In this document: positions 25,886-36,503 of the stretch, piece by piece
Layout of the letters: every line of letters begins with the position of its first letter
Position numbering within the stretch: position 1 is the first letter of the stretch
Virus record (IMG/VR): IMGVR_UViG_3300036766_000194
Location: 186,001 to 250,000 of that record
Length of the DNA stretch: 64,000 bases
Direction: 5' to 3' (one strand)
The notes under the pieces: model-generated
Seen by the model: only the letters and a program-made list of their open reading frames with translations
Told to the model about the DNA's origin: nothing
Databases searched by the model: none
Position numbers and translations under genes: made by a program

Positions 25886-28800
25886 TTACAGGTTTGTAGT
25901 AACCGTGAACGTTACGCTGATGTAAAGCAGGCTGAAGATAGGCTTAAAGCTAACCGTGATATCCAACAACGTCGGATCGTTAGGATCCGGAACCACAGAT
26001 AGATTCTTATAGCCGGAAATAATCTCCTGATTTACCAATATGCGTAACAGAGAGTTACATACAGCTGTTACATCATTGACGAGTGTTCCTACGAACTTAC
26101 GTCCAATAAACTGATCCAGAGCGGTGCGGAACTGTTGACGAACATAATCCGTAACCGTTGTAGATGTTGGTTCAGAAGTAAGAACATTAGAATTATCCGT
26201 AGACATATAATGACGAACCTTTAGTGCGCCATTGTTTTCCACCAGCAGGGTTAACCCATCAGCTGCCATTAAGTCCAGAGTAGGTTCATCAAGGCGTGTT
26301 CCGAGCAAGCGGCTGAAGCCAACAACTTGTTGATTTGTCAAAGTTGTTGCTACGTCATTCGCGGGGTTCACATTCAAACCTGCTAAAGCAGCTGCTAGGA
26401 AAGGACCATCTACAGCATACTCAGTTGCTGCAGCAGTAGATTGTGTAGCCTGTAGAAGAATTCCAGCCACAGAAGGAGCTACTGCGATAATACGGCTATT
26501 CTTAAAGCTGCGTGCTGCTTGACGTGCTGCTGAAGGAGTGGTATACTGGTCAAACCCAACGAATCCAATACCTTCCGCCTGAATACGGGGAGCAGCCTGA
26601 GTTATCAAGAAGCGACTCAAGAACTGCTGTACCGTAGAACTGGTACTGAGAGGTACGATTACCGAAGCAAATGAAGAGCTACCCGGTAACGGGGATGCTA
26701 AAGACTGGATTGCGTTGATAAATGACTGATCCGAAGCAACTGGAGTTCCGGTCTGTTTTGGAACTTGAATGACTCCAAACTGCTGTGCACCGTTTTCTGT
26801 TAACAGAGAAATACCCAAGGACACACGGTTGGTTGTGTTAGGAGTTCCGTAGACTTTGTAAGCATCTGAAGCATTGGTGTAGAGTTGAAGAGCAAAATCG
26901 CTGGCTTGTTTTGCTGTCTCAAAGGTTAGGTAGTAAAACTGTCCATTGTTAGGGTTGCTACCAGACTTATTAAATGTGGCAACAGTTGCTGTATCTGTAG
27001 GATTCATTCCAAATGTCGTAGACACAGAAGTTCTCAAACCACCTAGCACAATGACAGGAGTTACTCCCGTTACAAATGGAGAGTCCTTACTATCTTCCAG
27101 AAGGAAGGTAATTTTGTCTCCTGGAGCAAAAGAGTACGCTGGGCTAGGAAGTGTCGTATATCCGTAAGGTAGAGCATTACGAGGGTCTACGATTGTGAAC
27201 TTCACCGCAGTGTTAGGATCCAGGTAGGTTTCTCCTAAGTAGCTAGAGAGACCAAAAACGGGTCCGACGAACTGCCATGTAATAGCTGTGTAAGGAGACA
27301 CACTACCATCCACGGTGTTTCCAGCACTACCCCAAGTAGGTGCTGCTGCTCCAGAAGTACCCGGAACGATAACTTTCTGTATATTTCCGTTGGTATCAAC
27401 TACGGTATCATTGGTTGAGAAAGCTGTTAGGGCTGCCCATAGCTTTGAAGCAGCATTTACATATGCTGGTGTTGTTGCGTTTCCAGTACGACCTAATCCA
27501 TCGGCTGCTGTCTGTGTTGAAGTACGGCTGGAGGACACAACATAACGATTTGCTATTGCTGCAGTAACTTGAGCCGTTCCGCTAGAGAAAGCCACTAATG
27601 CGTGAGCGATTGACAAGTCAGTTGTTATACCTGCTCCTAATGAAGCCAGTATCTGACCAGCAAGAGGAGTGGTTACAATGTTTCCACTGAAGCCCGTGAC
27701 ACCTGTGAAGAGATTGATAATTCCACTTAATGTTAGAGCACCTGTAGTTGCAGATATGTTGACAAAAACTTGCTCTACAGTAGTAGGAGCTAGACCGTTA
27801 GAAGTCCAAGTAACTCCACTATCTGAGGTTGTGACTCCCGCAGTCGCACTGAATCCCCCTGGAATAGTTCCACCAGAAGTTCCAGCCACCGTTACAACTT
27901 GGATGCTAGTTCCAGTTATGATGATTTGACCCGCGACATAAGCGTGATTTGATTGCCAAGAAGCAAATGCTGTTGCGACTCCTGTGCTACCCGAGAAAGT
28001 TCCTGCGCTCGTATAAACTGTGTAAGCGGGAAGAATAGGTTGAGTACCATTGCCAACCATTGTGATGCTTGTGGTAGCGTTGGGTCCTGTTCCTGTGGTT
28101 GTAGCCGTAAATAGTAGAGAATCGGAGCCTGTTTGAGCCACAGAGGCTGTTGCCTGAGTTGCAGGGGTGACGATACGAGTATGACCATCCTGTTGAAAGG
28201 TCAATGTAAGGGTTTCATCAGGTCCACCAATACCTCCCTCGATGTCGGGGAAACTAAAGGGCCAAACGATTCCTGTGGTAGCGAAACTTCCATCAGTAAC
28301 CGAAGTTCCGGTTGATCCTGCGGCGGTTCCTGTAACCTTGATAATAGAACTTCCTGTTTCACTTACTACCGAATAAGTTCCTTGTCCAGGAGTGTTGGCA
28401 TTAACAACAGACAACGTAAATGTGTGGTCATTAAGAATCGTACGATAGCCACTTACATAAACTTTGCTGCTTGCTGCAGGAGGATTGTAAAGTGTAATTA
28501 CTCCTGTAGCTCCAACAAGACGGGAAACCGTAACTGCTCCTGCTGCTTGTGCAGAAGCAGGGTCGATGCCGACATACACTAAAATCTTGCTAGGATCATC
28601 GGTTACTTTTGCCAGACCACTACCGTCTACGGGAGTGAATGCAGAAGTAAATACAGCATTGACGCCGTCAGCAACTCCAGTAGCCGGAACCATGTAGACG
28701 TTTTCGTCTACCAAGGTTGTAGTTATCTGGGTAGCACTTAAAGGAGTGAATCCTGCTGTCTGCTTACCAATTGAGGTAACGGCAGCGGCACCCCAATAGA

Positions 28801-29941
28801 TTTTATTGTTAGCTAAAACATAGTCCACACCATTGATGTAGTCAGCACGTCCAGGACCAAGTCCTACACGATCTATTTGAACTATGTTATTTGCTGGTAG
28901 AAGATCAAAAGTATTCTGCCAGTTATTTGTATAATAAGTGACAGTTAAGGTAGACCCGAAAGTTACCCCAGTTGCTAACGTAACCAGACCGTGAGCACCA
29001 TCTACAGTGGTAACAGTTGCGGCTACTCCATTAACCTTGACTTGAACATCGGCAGTGTTTGTAGTTACGACTCCGCCGTTGGTCCCGTCTACTATAGGTG
29101 TAAAATGAGTCTTAAACACAGTGTTGGTAGAAGGCCCAGCACCACCCGAAAGGAAGGCAGCGGTATTAGCAACACCTACTGTGGTATCAATAGAACTTCC
29201 TGTTAGATACCCTTGAGAAGTAGGAATACCAGCAGCAATTAAATTGCTAATGTCCGTTAGGGTTCTGACCGATACGTTATCAGCCTTCAGAAGTTCAATG
29301 CTGATATTAGCGGTTCCTGCTCCTGTTACGGCTGTTACGTCAGACTTACCGTTAACCGGGGAAGTGGACAAAGTAAAAGTCACATTGACCAAATTACCCA
29401 GTTTACCAGGAGTATTTATACCAATTACAATGGAATGTCCTACAGCCGGAGTATAGGTCAGGCTTGCAAAAGAAGGGATTTGAGCGGAAAGATCCTCATT
29501 TACCTTGTGAGTGTCCGAACGCTTGAAGAAATACGTTACTAAAAGAACTGCTCCTGCTGGGATAATTTGTTGAGTCTGAAAAGAACCCAAGGTACCGTTT
29601 AGAGACACGACCGTTACCGGGATACCGTTGCTTGTTACCTGTATCTTAGTGTAATCGTTAGTTACAGTTCCAGAACCATCCCCCGTTGTTATAGGGAAGT
29701 AGGTTACTTGGAAAGTACGGGTAAGTCCCGTTGCCTGAGCCGAAATATCTTCGTTAACAGACTGGTCATCAGCGGAAGCCGAAGAACCACGAAAGATCTC
29801 TTGATCAGAAAAAACGAAATTCTCAACACCTTCTCCGATGAGTACGGGAATTCGCGCAGTGCCAAATAACGGCGCGGATGTTGGAGCTAATACAACGCTA
29901 GTGTATACTCCCGGAGGTGCGTATGATTGAAATAGTGCCAT
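25886..29941 (-). CDS. Contractile tail sheath protein with large inserted beta domains
   Basis: N-terminal YAPPGVY...RIPVLIGEG; C-terminal TDYVRQQFRTALDQFIGRK...DPTLLDITVSFKPIFSLLYISVTFTV. Confidence 0.9.
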   Translation of the reverse strand: MALFQSYAPPGVYTSVVLAPTSAPLFGTARIPVLIGEGVENFVFSDQEIFRGSSASADDQSVNEDISAQATGLTRTFQVTYFPITTGDGSGTVTNDYTKIQVTSNGIPVTVVSLNGTLGSFQTQQIIPAGAVLLVTYFFKRSDTHKVNEDLSAQIPSFASLTYTPAVGHSIVIGINTPGKLGNLVNVTFTLSTSPVNGKSDVTAVTGAGTANISIELLKADNVSVRTLTDISNLIAAGIPTSQGYLTGSSIDTTVGVANTAAFLSGGAGPSTNTVFKTHFTPIVDGTNGGVVTTNTADVQVKVNGVAATVTTVDGAHGLVTLATGVTFGSTLTVTYYTNNWQNTFDLLPANNIVQIDRVGLGPGRADYINGVDYVLANNKIYWGAAAVTSIGKQTAGFTPLSATQITTTLVDENVYMVPATGVADGVNAVFTSAFTPVDGSGLAKVTDDPSKILVYVGIDPASAQAAGAVTVSRLVGATGVITLYNPPAASSKVYVSGYRTILNDHTFTLSVVNANTPGQGTYSVVSETGSSIIKVTGTAAGSTGTSVTDGSFATTGIVWPFSFPDIEGGIGGPDETLTLTFQQDGHTRIVTPATQATASVAQTGSDSLLFTATTTGTGPNATTSITMVGNGTQPILPAYTVYTSAGTFSGSTGVATAFASWQSNHAYVAGQIIITGTSIQVVTVAGTSGGTIPGGFSATAGVTTSDSGVTWTSNGLAPTTVEQVFVNISATTGALTLSGIINLFTGVTGFSGNIVTTPLAGQILASLGAGITTDLSIAHALVAFSSGTAQVTAAIANRYVVSSSRTSTQTAADGLGRTGNATTPAYVNAASKLWAALTAFSTNDTVVDTNGNIQKVIVPGTSGAAAPTWGSAGNTVDGSVSPYTAITWQFVGPVFGLSSYLGETYLDPNTAVKFTIVDPRNALPYGYTTLPSPAYSFAPGDKITFLLEDSKDSPFVTGVTPVIVLGGLRTSVSTTFGMNPTDTATVATFNKSGSNPNNGQFYYLTFETAKQASDFALQLYTNASDAYKVYGTPNTTNRVSLGISLLTENGAQQFGVIQVPKQTGTPVASDQSFINAIQSLASPLPGSSSFASVIVPLSTSSTVQQFLSRFLITQAAPRIQAEGIGFVGFDQYTTPSAARQAARSFKNSRIIAVAPSVAGILLQATQSTAAATEYAVDGPFLAAALAGLNVNPANDVATTLTNQQVVGFSRLLGTRLDEPTLDLMAADGLTLLVENNGALKVRHYMSTDNSNVLTSEPTSTTVTDYVRQQFRTALDQFIGRKFVGTLVNDVTAVCNSLLRILVNQEIISGYKNLSVVPDPNDPTLLDITVSFKPIFSLLYISVTFTVTTNL

Positions 29942-30009
29942 GTGTCTTTTGCTCCCTTGAAGGAGATTGCCTTCTTAGTTGGACCTAATAAACTAAATTC
30001 TACTAACAC

Positions 30010-30140
30010 AAACGGTAATGCTGTACACATTCAAGAGCTTGTTTCATCCATGAATCTGCTTTGTCACCGATTCACATTCATTTAATAGTTCTTCTAAACA
30101 TCCTAATCGTCTATTACACTCACGACAGACCGACTCTTAC
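30010..30140 (-). pseudogene. Remnant of an endonuclease-VII-type homing endonuclease
   Basis: Frame-broken pieces CRECNRRLGCLEELL and DSWMKQALECVQHY. Confidence 0.5.
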
Positions 30141-30172
30141 GATTATTTCTAACAGATTTAGTTTCAGGTTCA

Positions 30173-30586
30173 TTAACGCTTATTAATAAGTTTAGCATCT
30201 CCATCATCATACTGAGGCTTAAAGCCATCCTTTTCTACTGTTTTCATAGCATCGGTACGACGAAACTTCTGTTTTGTATCAATGGGTTGGTATTCATTGG
30301 TACCCGTAGCAGTTAACCCAACAACTCCAGATTCCTGGCGAACTTTATTACGAACTTCTTGTCTCTCGTTAATTCGTGCCCATCTTGCATCTGCGTCACG
30401 ACCTACAACCACATCAATGGGAGCCGTATCCATGGTAGAAACCCCAAGAGATACTAAAGGAATGACAAAATCCATTCTTCCCTTACAACTAGGGCATTCT
30501 ATTGTTTTAGGAAGTTGTTTCTCAACGGATTGAATAACTTCCTTAACTATATCACACTTTTCACACTTGAAATCATATCTTGCCAT
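30173..30586 (-). CDS. FmdB-type zinc-ribbon protein
   Basis: MARYDFKCEKCD...ECPSCKG; AAGGAG SD. Confidence 0.8.
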   Translation of the reverse strand: MARYDFKCEKCDIVKEVIQSVEKQLPKTIECPSCKGRMDFVIPLVSLGVSTMDTAPIDVVVGRDADARWARINERQEVRNKVRQESGVVGLTATGTNEYQPIDTKQKFRRTDAMKTVEKDGFKPQYDDGDAKLINKR

Positions 30587-30599
30587 TAAGATTCTCCTT

Positions 30600-30867
30600 A
30601 AAATAAATATTGTTTAGGTGCTGGACCCTCTAAGAGAAGACCCTGTTGCTTGGCCCTTCCCTTACGACCTATCCACACTCTGAAATCCAAATTGATTCTC
30701 CCATTCTAACTATCTCTTTCTCTAGAGATTTTTGCTTTTCTTCTGTAGGGTGTTACCCTTCATAGAAGAATTTTCTAACTGAACTTCACTTAAATGCTGT
30801 TTGGTCTCTTCTGAATGAGACATACTATGGTACCATTGACTCTATTTGTAATTTTGTAGATTTGCAT
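30600..30867 (-). pseudogene. Decayed GIY-YIG/NUMOD3 homing endonuclease
   Basis: MQIYKITNRVNG start, then an internal deletion/frameshift into SHSEETKQHLS and further broken frames. Confidence 0.7.
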
Positions 30868-30876
30868 TGTTTATTT

Positions 30877-32454
30877 TCAGGCATAAGACTGAATAAACCC
30901 AAAAGCACCCAAAGCCTGAGAGCGAGGAACAATTTGTAATTTCCCTCCAAAATCAGTACCGTAAATTGTATTTGTGATTTGATAACTAACTAGACGAGTT
31001 ACCAGAGGAACAAATACTTTCCAGTCTGCTGACGCTTCTACCCGAAGAGAGTACAGATAACGAGGAGCCGTACCGGAAGGATCTCGCTGTTCTCCTTGAT
31101 ATTCACGAGTAGCTTCAAAAATCGTCACTCCATCACTTTCCATATTATTTCTACGCCATACGAGAAGTTCTTGTTTTAACATTTCAGTGAATTCAGAAGC
31201 GGTTTGTAAATCGTTTGCTTTCACTTCTAGGGTGAAATTTAAGTTTTCTTTACTTCCATACACATGATAAGTTTCTGTAAGAGTTGGGGATATAATGATA
31301 GCAACTTGATCTCCCACCTCTACTCTATCCCCAATAGCTAGTTGTAATCCGGGTATCACTGCTCCATTTAGTTCCTGCTTCATCGCTTTAGCTGTGAGTT
31401 GTCCTGTGTCTATACGAACTTCATAAAAAACGTATCCTCCGGTCGGTAGAAGAGTAGGTAACTGGACATTTCCTCCCGTAGTGGGAGAAATGTTAAAGAC
31501 ATCTCCTTGACTAGTACGAATAAAAACTTGTCCTGAGGCGAGAGTTTCTCCTGGTAATAGAGTAATAGGTAAGGTATTTTCAGGATTCATAGAACCGTAA
31601 GGAGCAGACATGTCTATTTTATAATTTCCTGTTGCTGTTATTGTAGATCCTGTGGGTGTCCACTCAGACAATTGAATCCAATCAGGACCACTGTAATAGC
31701 TAAAATCCAAATTTTCACGAAGTTGATATCCCGTTTGATCGGTAAGAATAACAGAACCTATTGAATTGGTGGGAACACTGACAAGTTCTTGACCTCCGAC
31801 AGTGGATTGGACAAGAGTTTTGGACTGAGAACGAACCGCCCAATAGTCTGTATTGGGGGTTAAAACTCCGGTGACAGGAGGAGAACTTATTTTTGTCCCT
31901 GTGATAACAAGATTCTGTACAGGAGTGTAGAGGGCTAGATAATCCCCATATGTCGTGTAGGAAATAGCTAAACTAGAATTTGAAGAATCACTCAACACTA
32001 AAGAACTCACATCTATACTGGAAGAGAAGTATACATTAGAACCAAAAGCGTTTGTTGTTTTCCCTTCACGCCATTTATATCTATGTATGGTTAATCCCAC
32101 TTCTCTAGTTTGTTCATCCACAGAATCAACATTGAGATAATAAACACCGGGGTCAAGGAGCAACCCGGTAGCGTCAGTCTCCGACACCCACTCTATAAAT
32201 TGTCCATCTTTATCTTCTACTTTTGCTAAAATAGCTCTGCCATGACGAGTACACATAAAGTAATCAGGCGATAAACGAGTTCCGGAAGTGGTCACACTCT
32301 TAACAATTAATTGAACGTCGCCTGTGTTGATTTGGTTAGAAGATGCAAAGGTTACTGCACCCAAAGTACTACGAAAACGTGGATTGCGGTTCATAACATC
32401 GCGGGTTATGCGCAACAAATAATTTATAAGTCCGGCCCCGGTGAGATCAATCAC
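30877..32454 (-). CDS. Putative tail completion/neck protein with an inserted domain
   Basis: Position in the neck module; conserved-looking N- and C-terminal halves. Confidence 0.6.
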   Translation of the reverse strand: MIDLTGAGLINYLLRITRDVMNRNPRFRSTLGAVTFASSNQINTGDVQLIVKSVTTSGTRLSPDYFMCTRHGRAILAKVEDKDGQFIEWVSETDATGLLLDPGVYYLNVDSVDEQTREVGLTIHRYKWREGKTTNAFGSNVYFSSSIDVSSLVLSDSSNSSLAISYTTYGDYLALYTPVQNLVITGTKISSPPVTGVLTPNTDYWAVRSQSKTLVQSTVGGQELVSVPTNSIGSVILTDQTGYQLRENLDFSYYSGPDWIQLSEWTPTGSTITATGNYKIDMSAPYGSMNPENTLPITLLPGETLASGQVFIRTSQGDVFNISPTTGGNVQLPTLLPTGGYVFYEVRIDTGQLTAKAMKQELNGAVIPGLQLAIGDRVEVGDQVAIIISPTLTETYHVYGSKENLNFTLEVKANDLQTASEFTEMLKQELLVWRRNNMESDGVTIFEATREYQGEQRDPSGTAPRYLYSLRVEASADWKVFVPLVTRLVSYQITNTIYGTDFGGKLQIVPRSQALGAFGFIQSYA

Positions 32455-32484
32455 GATGAAGTCCTCTATAAGGGGACAGAAAGG

Positions 32485-32961
32485 TTACTTTACGATCTTT
32501 ACGCGCTGAACGTCGTAATCCTGGTTTCCTGGAGGTGGCGGAGGAACAATAATCTGTACGGGTTCAATCCAACTATGAATGCTACGACGGACGTCCCACA
32601 CGCTGACTACTGCGTGAATCTTAGGATACCAAACATTTTCAAGTTCTATGCTGTAATTCTGGAAGTTATAATCAATAATTTCCCACCAGCTACCATCGTG
32701 GGCTTGGAATCTAGCCCCGGCGATCAGATAGGAAAAGAATGTGTTGTCTCCTTGAATGGGGGAAAGAGGATTAGGCAACTGCATTGTTCCCGGATTAGGC
32801 TTGAACTGTGAGAACGGAGTAACTACTTGATCATCGGGATCTCCAACCATACGTTGAAGAGCAGGCGTGGTTCCTGTGTGTTCTACTTCTAGCATACGGG
32901 CAGTCTTGATATTTGCTACTTCAGAAAGTTCTGCCGCAAGGATATTTGGGTTAGTGCTCAT
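32485..32961 (-). CDS. Hypothetical neck-module protein
   Basis: SD and promoter motif upstream. Confidence 0.7.
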   Translation of the reverse strand: MSTNPNILAAELSEVANIKTARMLEVEHTGTTPALQRMVGDPDDQVVTPFSQFKPNPGTMQLPNPLSPIQGDNTFFSYLIAGARFQAHDGSWWEIIDYNFQNYSIELENVWYPKIHAVVSVWDVRRSIHSWIEPVQIIVPPPPPGNQDYDVQRVKIVK

Positions 32962-32997
32962 AAAGCCTCTCTCTAATGTAGCTGAAAGTAGTTTTCC

Positions 32998-34272
32998 TTA
33001 GATAACTGGATTCTTATTGCCTTTTATACGATTAAATGTAACGGTTCTTCCATCCTGTTTATCTGGATTTTCCCAATTCTTTCCGGCATCAGGGTCATTA
33101 ACCATTTTAGAAATCGGTTCTCCTCCAGCATTCGGTTGAGATGTAATATCGTACACAGGATTATAAATAACAGGAGGAATCTGGGGATAAACCACAGGAA
33201 CTAGGTATCTAGTATCTCCTATCCTCAGCAAGGTAGTTGTAAAATCTTGCATGAGAAGAACGCCACGAGGAGACTTATAACGAACCTTATTAATGACCAG
33301 ACGTTCCCCATTACGACGAATGATAAGATCCCCGTCTTGAACTATAGGAGAAGGTCCAAGATAAGCAGTAGATTCACGTTCTACTTCTATACCGCCTTCT
33401 TGAAGAGTTCTCATAACTTGCGAATCTGGATCTATGTAAAGAAAGTCATAGGGACCAAAATATCCACCCACTATCCCTATTTCAAAACAACCGGAACATC
33501 CAGTGCGGGGTTGATTGAGTCCTCCTTGAAGACAACCGCAGGTAACTCCTTTGGTTTTTCTAAACATAAGGAAGGCAGGCTCACCGACTTGTTCGAAGAG
33601 CCAGTCATTTCTGCGCACCATTTCGCGCTGCATATAGTCCATGCGATCAATCTGTTGGGTGTCCACAATCTCAGTATTGGGTTCCCCTGGTGTATGAAGT
33701 TCTTGTCCATCGGCCCCTATTCCTACCACTGTATAGAAGGTGCGAGTTAGTCTCGTGTAGATGTCAACATAGTTAACTAATTTGCTGTATACAACCTGAA
33801 ATACTTGAACTTGGGTCAAATCTGGCATTGCGGGCAGATCACTCACCGCCCCACCCTGATGTAGAGTATTATCCCGTTGAATCCATATACTTTGATCTAA
33901 CCCCTGAACTTGAATAGGACGAAAAGACTTACCGTCCATAAGGATGGTTACATCCTGAGGACTATTTGTAACTTGAGCACGGCCCCTTACAATAGTAGAA
34001 TACGGTATGTCGGGAATATGAAGAACCCAATGCCCACCCTCACCCTTTTCTACAAAATCATTTGACGTTACAGTGTAAGTAACTTGTTGTAAGGTCGTCT
34101 CATCTCTGTAAAAATGAATAGTTAGAGGATAAGAATTGAGTTTAACCCAACTTGTTGGATAGTCAAATGCTCGATAGATATTATACCCTAAAACCGCTTT
34201 AGGATCATCTACCCAGTGAAGATCTCGGGCACCCACGTAGTTGGAGTTTAGAATTAGTAGATTTGAAATCAT
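32998..34272 (-). CDS. Putative head closure/neck protein
   Basis: RRNDWLFEQVGEP...CGC...CSGCFEIGIVGGY motif typical of large-myovirus closure proteins. Confidence 0.65.
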   Translation of the reverse strand: MISNLLILNSNYVGARDLHWVDDPKAVLGYNIYRAFDYPTSWVKLNSYPLTIHFYRDETTLQQVTYTVTSNDFVEKGEGGHWVLHIPDIPYSTIVRGRAQVTNSPQDVTILMDGKSFRPIQVQGLDQSIWIQRDNTLHQGGAVSDLPAMPDLTQVQVFQVVYSKLVNYVDIYTRLTRTFYTVVGIGADGQELHTPGEPNTEIVDTQQIDRMDYMQREMVRRNDWLFEQVGEPAFLMFRKTKGVTCGCLQGGLNQPRTGCSGCFEIGIVGGYFGPYDFLYIDPDSQVMRTLQEGGIEVERESTAYLGPSPIVQDGDLIIRRNGERLVINKVRYKSPRGVLLMQDFTTTLLRIGDTRYLVPVVYPQIPPVIYNPVYDITSQPNAGGEPISKMVNDPDAGKNWENPDKQDGRTVTFNRIKGNKNPVI

Positions 34273-34311
34273 GCAATGCGATCCTCTTGTAAGTTACTGA
34301 TAATAAAGGAC

Positions 34312-35199
34312 TTATCCTAGCAACCAACGCTGCTGTCTGAGGCCAGCACTAAATGGACGGTTAGCCGTAACCAATGGAGCCATAATAATAAACTTTTGGT
34401 CGTAAATCTGTCCAAGTGACTGATACAACTGTGACTTATTGATATCCAAACTGACACCATTAAGCGAATACGAAAATTCTTCTTCAGCCCATCGGCACCC
34501 TTCAGCCGTAAGACACATAGAAGCTGCTCCTAACGCAGCTACGTTACCCCAATCTACAGGAACAGAATCCAAAGTAAAGCTGTAAATATTCTTTGTGTTA
34601 TAATAATTCAACTGAGAAATGGTTAACTGTAAAAAGGTTATAATCATGTCATCGGGCCAGATAAATCCTACACGACTTGTAAAGTTTGCTACAACTTTTC
34701 CTGGAGTAGGAGGACGGAAGTGGTAATTACGATCTGGGTTGGTATCAAAAAGTAACTGACGAACTGCCACGATAGCCGGGGCATATTTAGGTAGGGTGGC
34801 GAGCTTCGGTGAGACTAATACAGACTGAGCTTCTAATGAACCAGAAGCAGGATTTATGAAAACAACTTGAAAGTCTTCATAGACTTGAACTTCTGGATCC
34901 CCTTGATTCTGAATTAGATACCATACCAATTTAAACTCTCCATGCCAAACGGAAGGAATGGTCAGGTTTATAAAGTAGGCTCCCAACCCTGCTCTAGAAG
35001 GAGAAGATTTGGGTTGAGTCATCATAGTCTGATTACCCTGCTCATCTAGTTGAAAAATCGTGTATGATATATTGAAAGGGTCAATGATATTATTTTGTGA
35101 ATCGCGTACAAGTAGACTCAGGTCACCCGTGCCTAATTGCTTCCCTTGGTTGAAGCACACACCGCCAGCCACTACACACCTCCCTGACAAAGAAGGCAA
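34312..35199 (-). CDS. Putative head-tail adaptor protein
   Basis: FSYSLNGVSLDINKSQLYQSL motif; position. Confidence 0.65.
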   Translation of the reverse strand: MPSLSGRCVVAGGVCFNQGKQLGTGDLSLLVRDSQNNIIDPFNISYTIFQLDEQGNQTMMTQPKSSPSRAGLGAYFINLTIPSVWHGEFKLVWYLIQNQGDPEVQVYEDFQVVFINPASGSLEAQSVLVSPKLATLPKYAPAIVAVRQLLFDTNPDRNYHFRPPTPGKVVANFTSRVGFIWPDDMIITFLQLTISQLNYYNTKNIYSFTLDSVPVDWGNVAALGAASMCLTAEGCRWAEEEFSYSLNGVSLDINKSQLYQSLGQIYDQKFIIMAPLVTANRPFSAGLRQQRWLLG

Positions 35200-35288
35200 T
35201 CCGGATCAAGAAAGGAGAAATAAGACTTCAAATTAGCATCTGGAAACCGATCCTCCATCACTTTCCGCAAATTCACCTGTATCTCCAT
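35172..35288 (-). CDS. 38-aa hypothetical protein
   Basis: GAGGGAG SD before ATG 35288; the longer ORF-track version is probably over-extended. Confidence 0.45.
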   Translation of the reverse strand: MEIQVNLRKVMEDRFPDANLKSYFSFLDPDCLLCQGGV

Positions 35289-35317
35289 AGAGTCTCCCTC
35301 TATAGAGCGGCGGAAAG

Positions 35318-35605
35318 TTAATATAGGATAGGATGATCCTGAACTTTCGCATCTGCTGAGAAGAACAAGTATCCCGGCCAGTTGCGATCGTAGCGGAGGA
35401 GATACAGATGGAAGTGAAGAACCCATCCACGGCCCTTCCAGAACGCCGGGGCATTGATGCCAAAGCCTAGAGGGAAAACGAAATAGAGGGATACCGGATC
35501 CCATCCTGACTTAAAACTCAATTTTTGAGACAACCAGGGTCCCAGCCCCCAAAGAGTTGTCCATCTCTTATCTGTTCCTTCGTTTATGAACCCTTGTCCA
35601 CCCAT
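35318..35605 (-). CDS. Hypothetical, Trp/Phe-rich protein
   Basis: GAGGTG SD and promoter motif. Confidence 0.6.
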   Translation of the reverse strand: MGGQGFINEGTDKRWTTLWGLGPWLSQKLSFKSGWDPVSLYFVFPLGFGINAPAFWKGRGWVLHFHLYLLRYDRNWPGYLFFSADAKVQDHPILY

Positions 35606-35632
35606 AAGTCACCTCTCTAATAGAGGAGACAG

Positions 35633-35815
35633 TTAGATAAATTCTTGTATTTCTGGTTGAATAACTAGACTAGGAAGGATTTTTTCATAAACACATTTTT
35701 CACAAATCTGTAATTTGAAGTGTTCAGAATCGTGTTCACTACCATAGCCCCAATCAGCACTTAATACTGCATACTCATATTGTCCTGGAATGCCAGAAGT
35801 TTCATAGATCATCAC
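35633..35815 (-). CDS. Hypothetical protein
   Basis: QICEKC motif; packed operon. Confidence 0.6.
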   Translation of the reverse strand: MMIYETSGIPGQYEYAVLSADWGYGSEHDSEHFKLQICEKCVYEKILPSLVIQPEIQEFI

Positions 35816-36001
35816 ACATGTTACATAAAATCTCTGCTACCTCTACAATCCTAACAGTCTTCTCGACTTCCTGGTGTCTCATTTTCTCTCTCCTTTTCGG
35901 CGGCTGGCCCGCAAGTGCAACCATAGTCTCGGAGGTGAGCTTCTTCCGCTGTTATATACCGCAGTTGACATTCTTGGCTGTGTTGCGGATTGATGTACGC
36001 T

Positions 36002-36217
36002 TCACTGGCGGACGTTCCCGCCTGGATGCGGGAGGATGGCGGAGAGTTCGTCGGCGCACCCATCCCAAACCTCTGCGCGTATTAAGCAGTTTGCTTCCGC
36101 CTCAGTTGCCACATAAACAGTACGGCGAATACGCCTCGATTCTTCGCGGGATATTACTGCCATGTCGCGCCACTTTCCTTCCAGCGCCGCAATCTCTTCC
36201 CGTTCGGCCAGCAGCAT
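36002..36217 (-). CDS. Hypothetical protein in a GC-richer patch
   Basis: ORF track. Confidence 0.5.
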   Translation of the reverse strand: MLLAEREEIAALEGKWRDMAVISREESRRIRRTVYVATEAEANCLIRAEVWDGCADELSAILPHPGGNVRQ

Positions 36218-36278
36218 CTGATACTTTCGGCGCAGGTTAAGAACGTCTTGGTACGAAACGCTCCATCCGTATTGTTCT

Positions 36279-36503
36279 TTAGTTGCAGCCTCGCCATCCT
36301 GGCCAACCGGCGGCGGCTACGCTAATTCCAGCCATCTGCACCTCGTGCCGTTCCTGCTCGGCCCGCAATTGATTCACTTGGCAGATAGCACAAAGTGGAT
36401 TCGCTTCCATATCGAAACGCTGATATTTTTTCGCATGCCCACAGGCCATCGCAGTCAGAAAGGCTTCCCTGGCGTCATTGATAAGTTTGACTTCAATTCT
36501 CAT
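36279..36503 (-). CDS. Hypothetical protein
   Basis: Start moved to ATG 36503, coupled to the upstream stop. Confidence 0.55.
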   Translation of the reverse strand: MRIEVKLINDAREAFLTAMACGHAKKYQRFDMEANPLCAICQVNQLRAEQERHEVQMAGISVAAAGWPGWRGCN

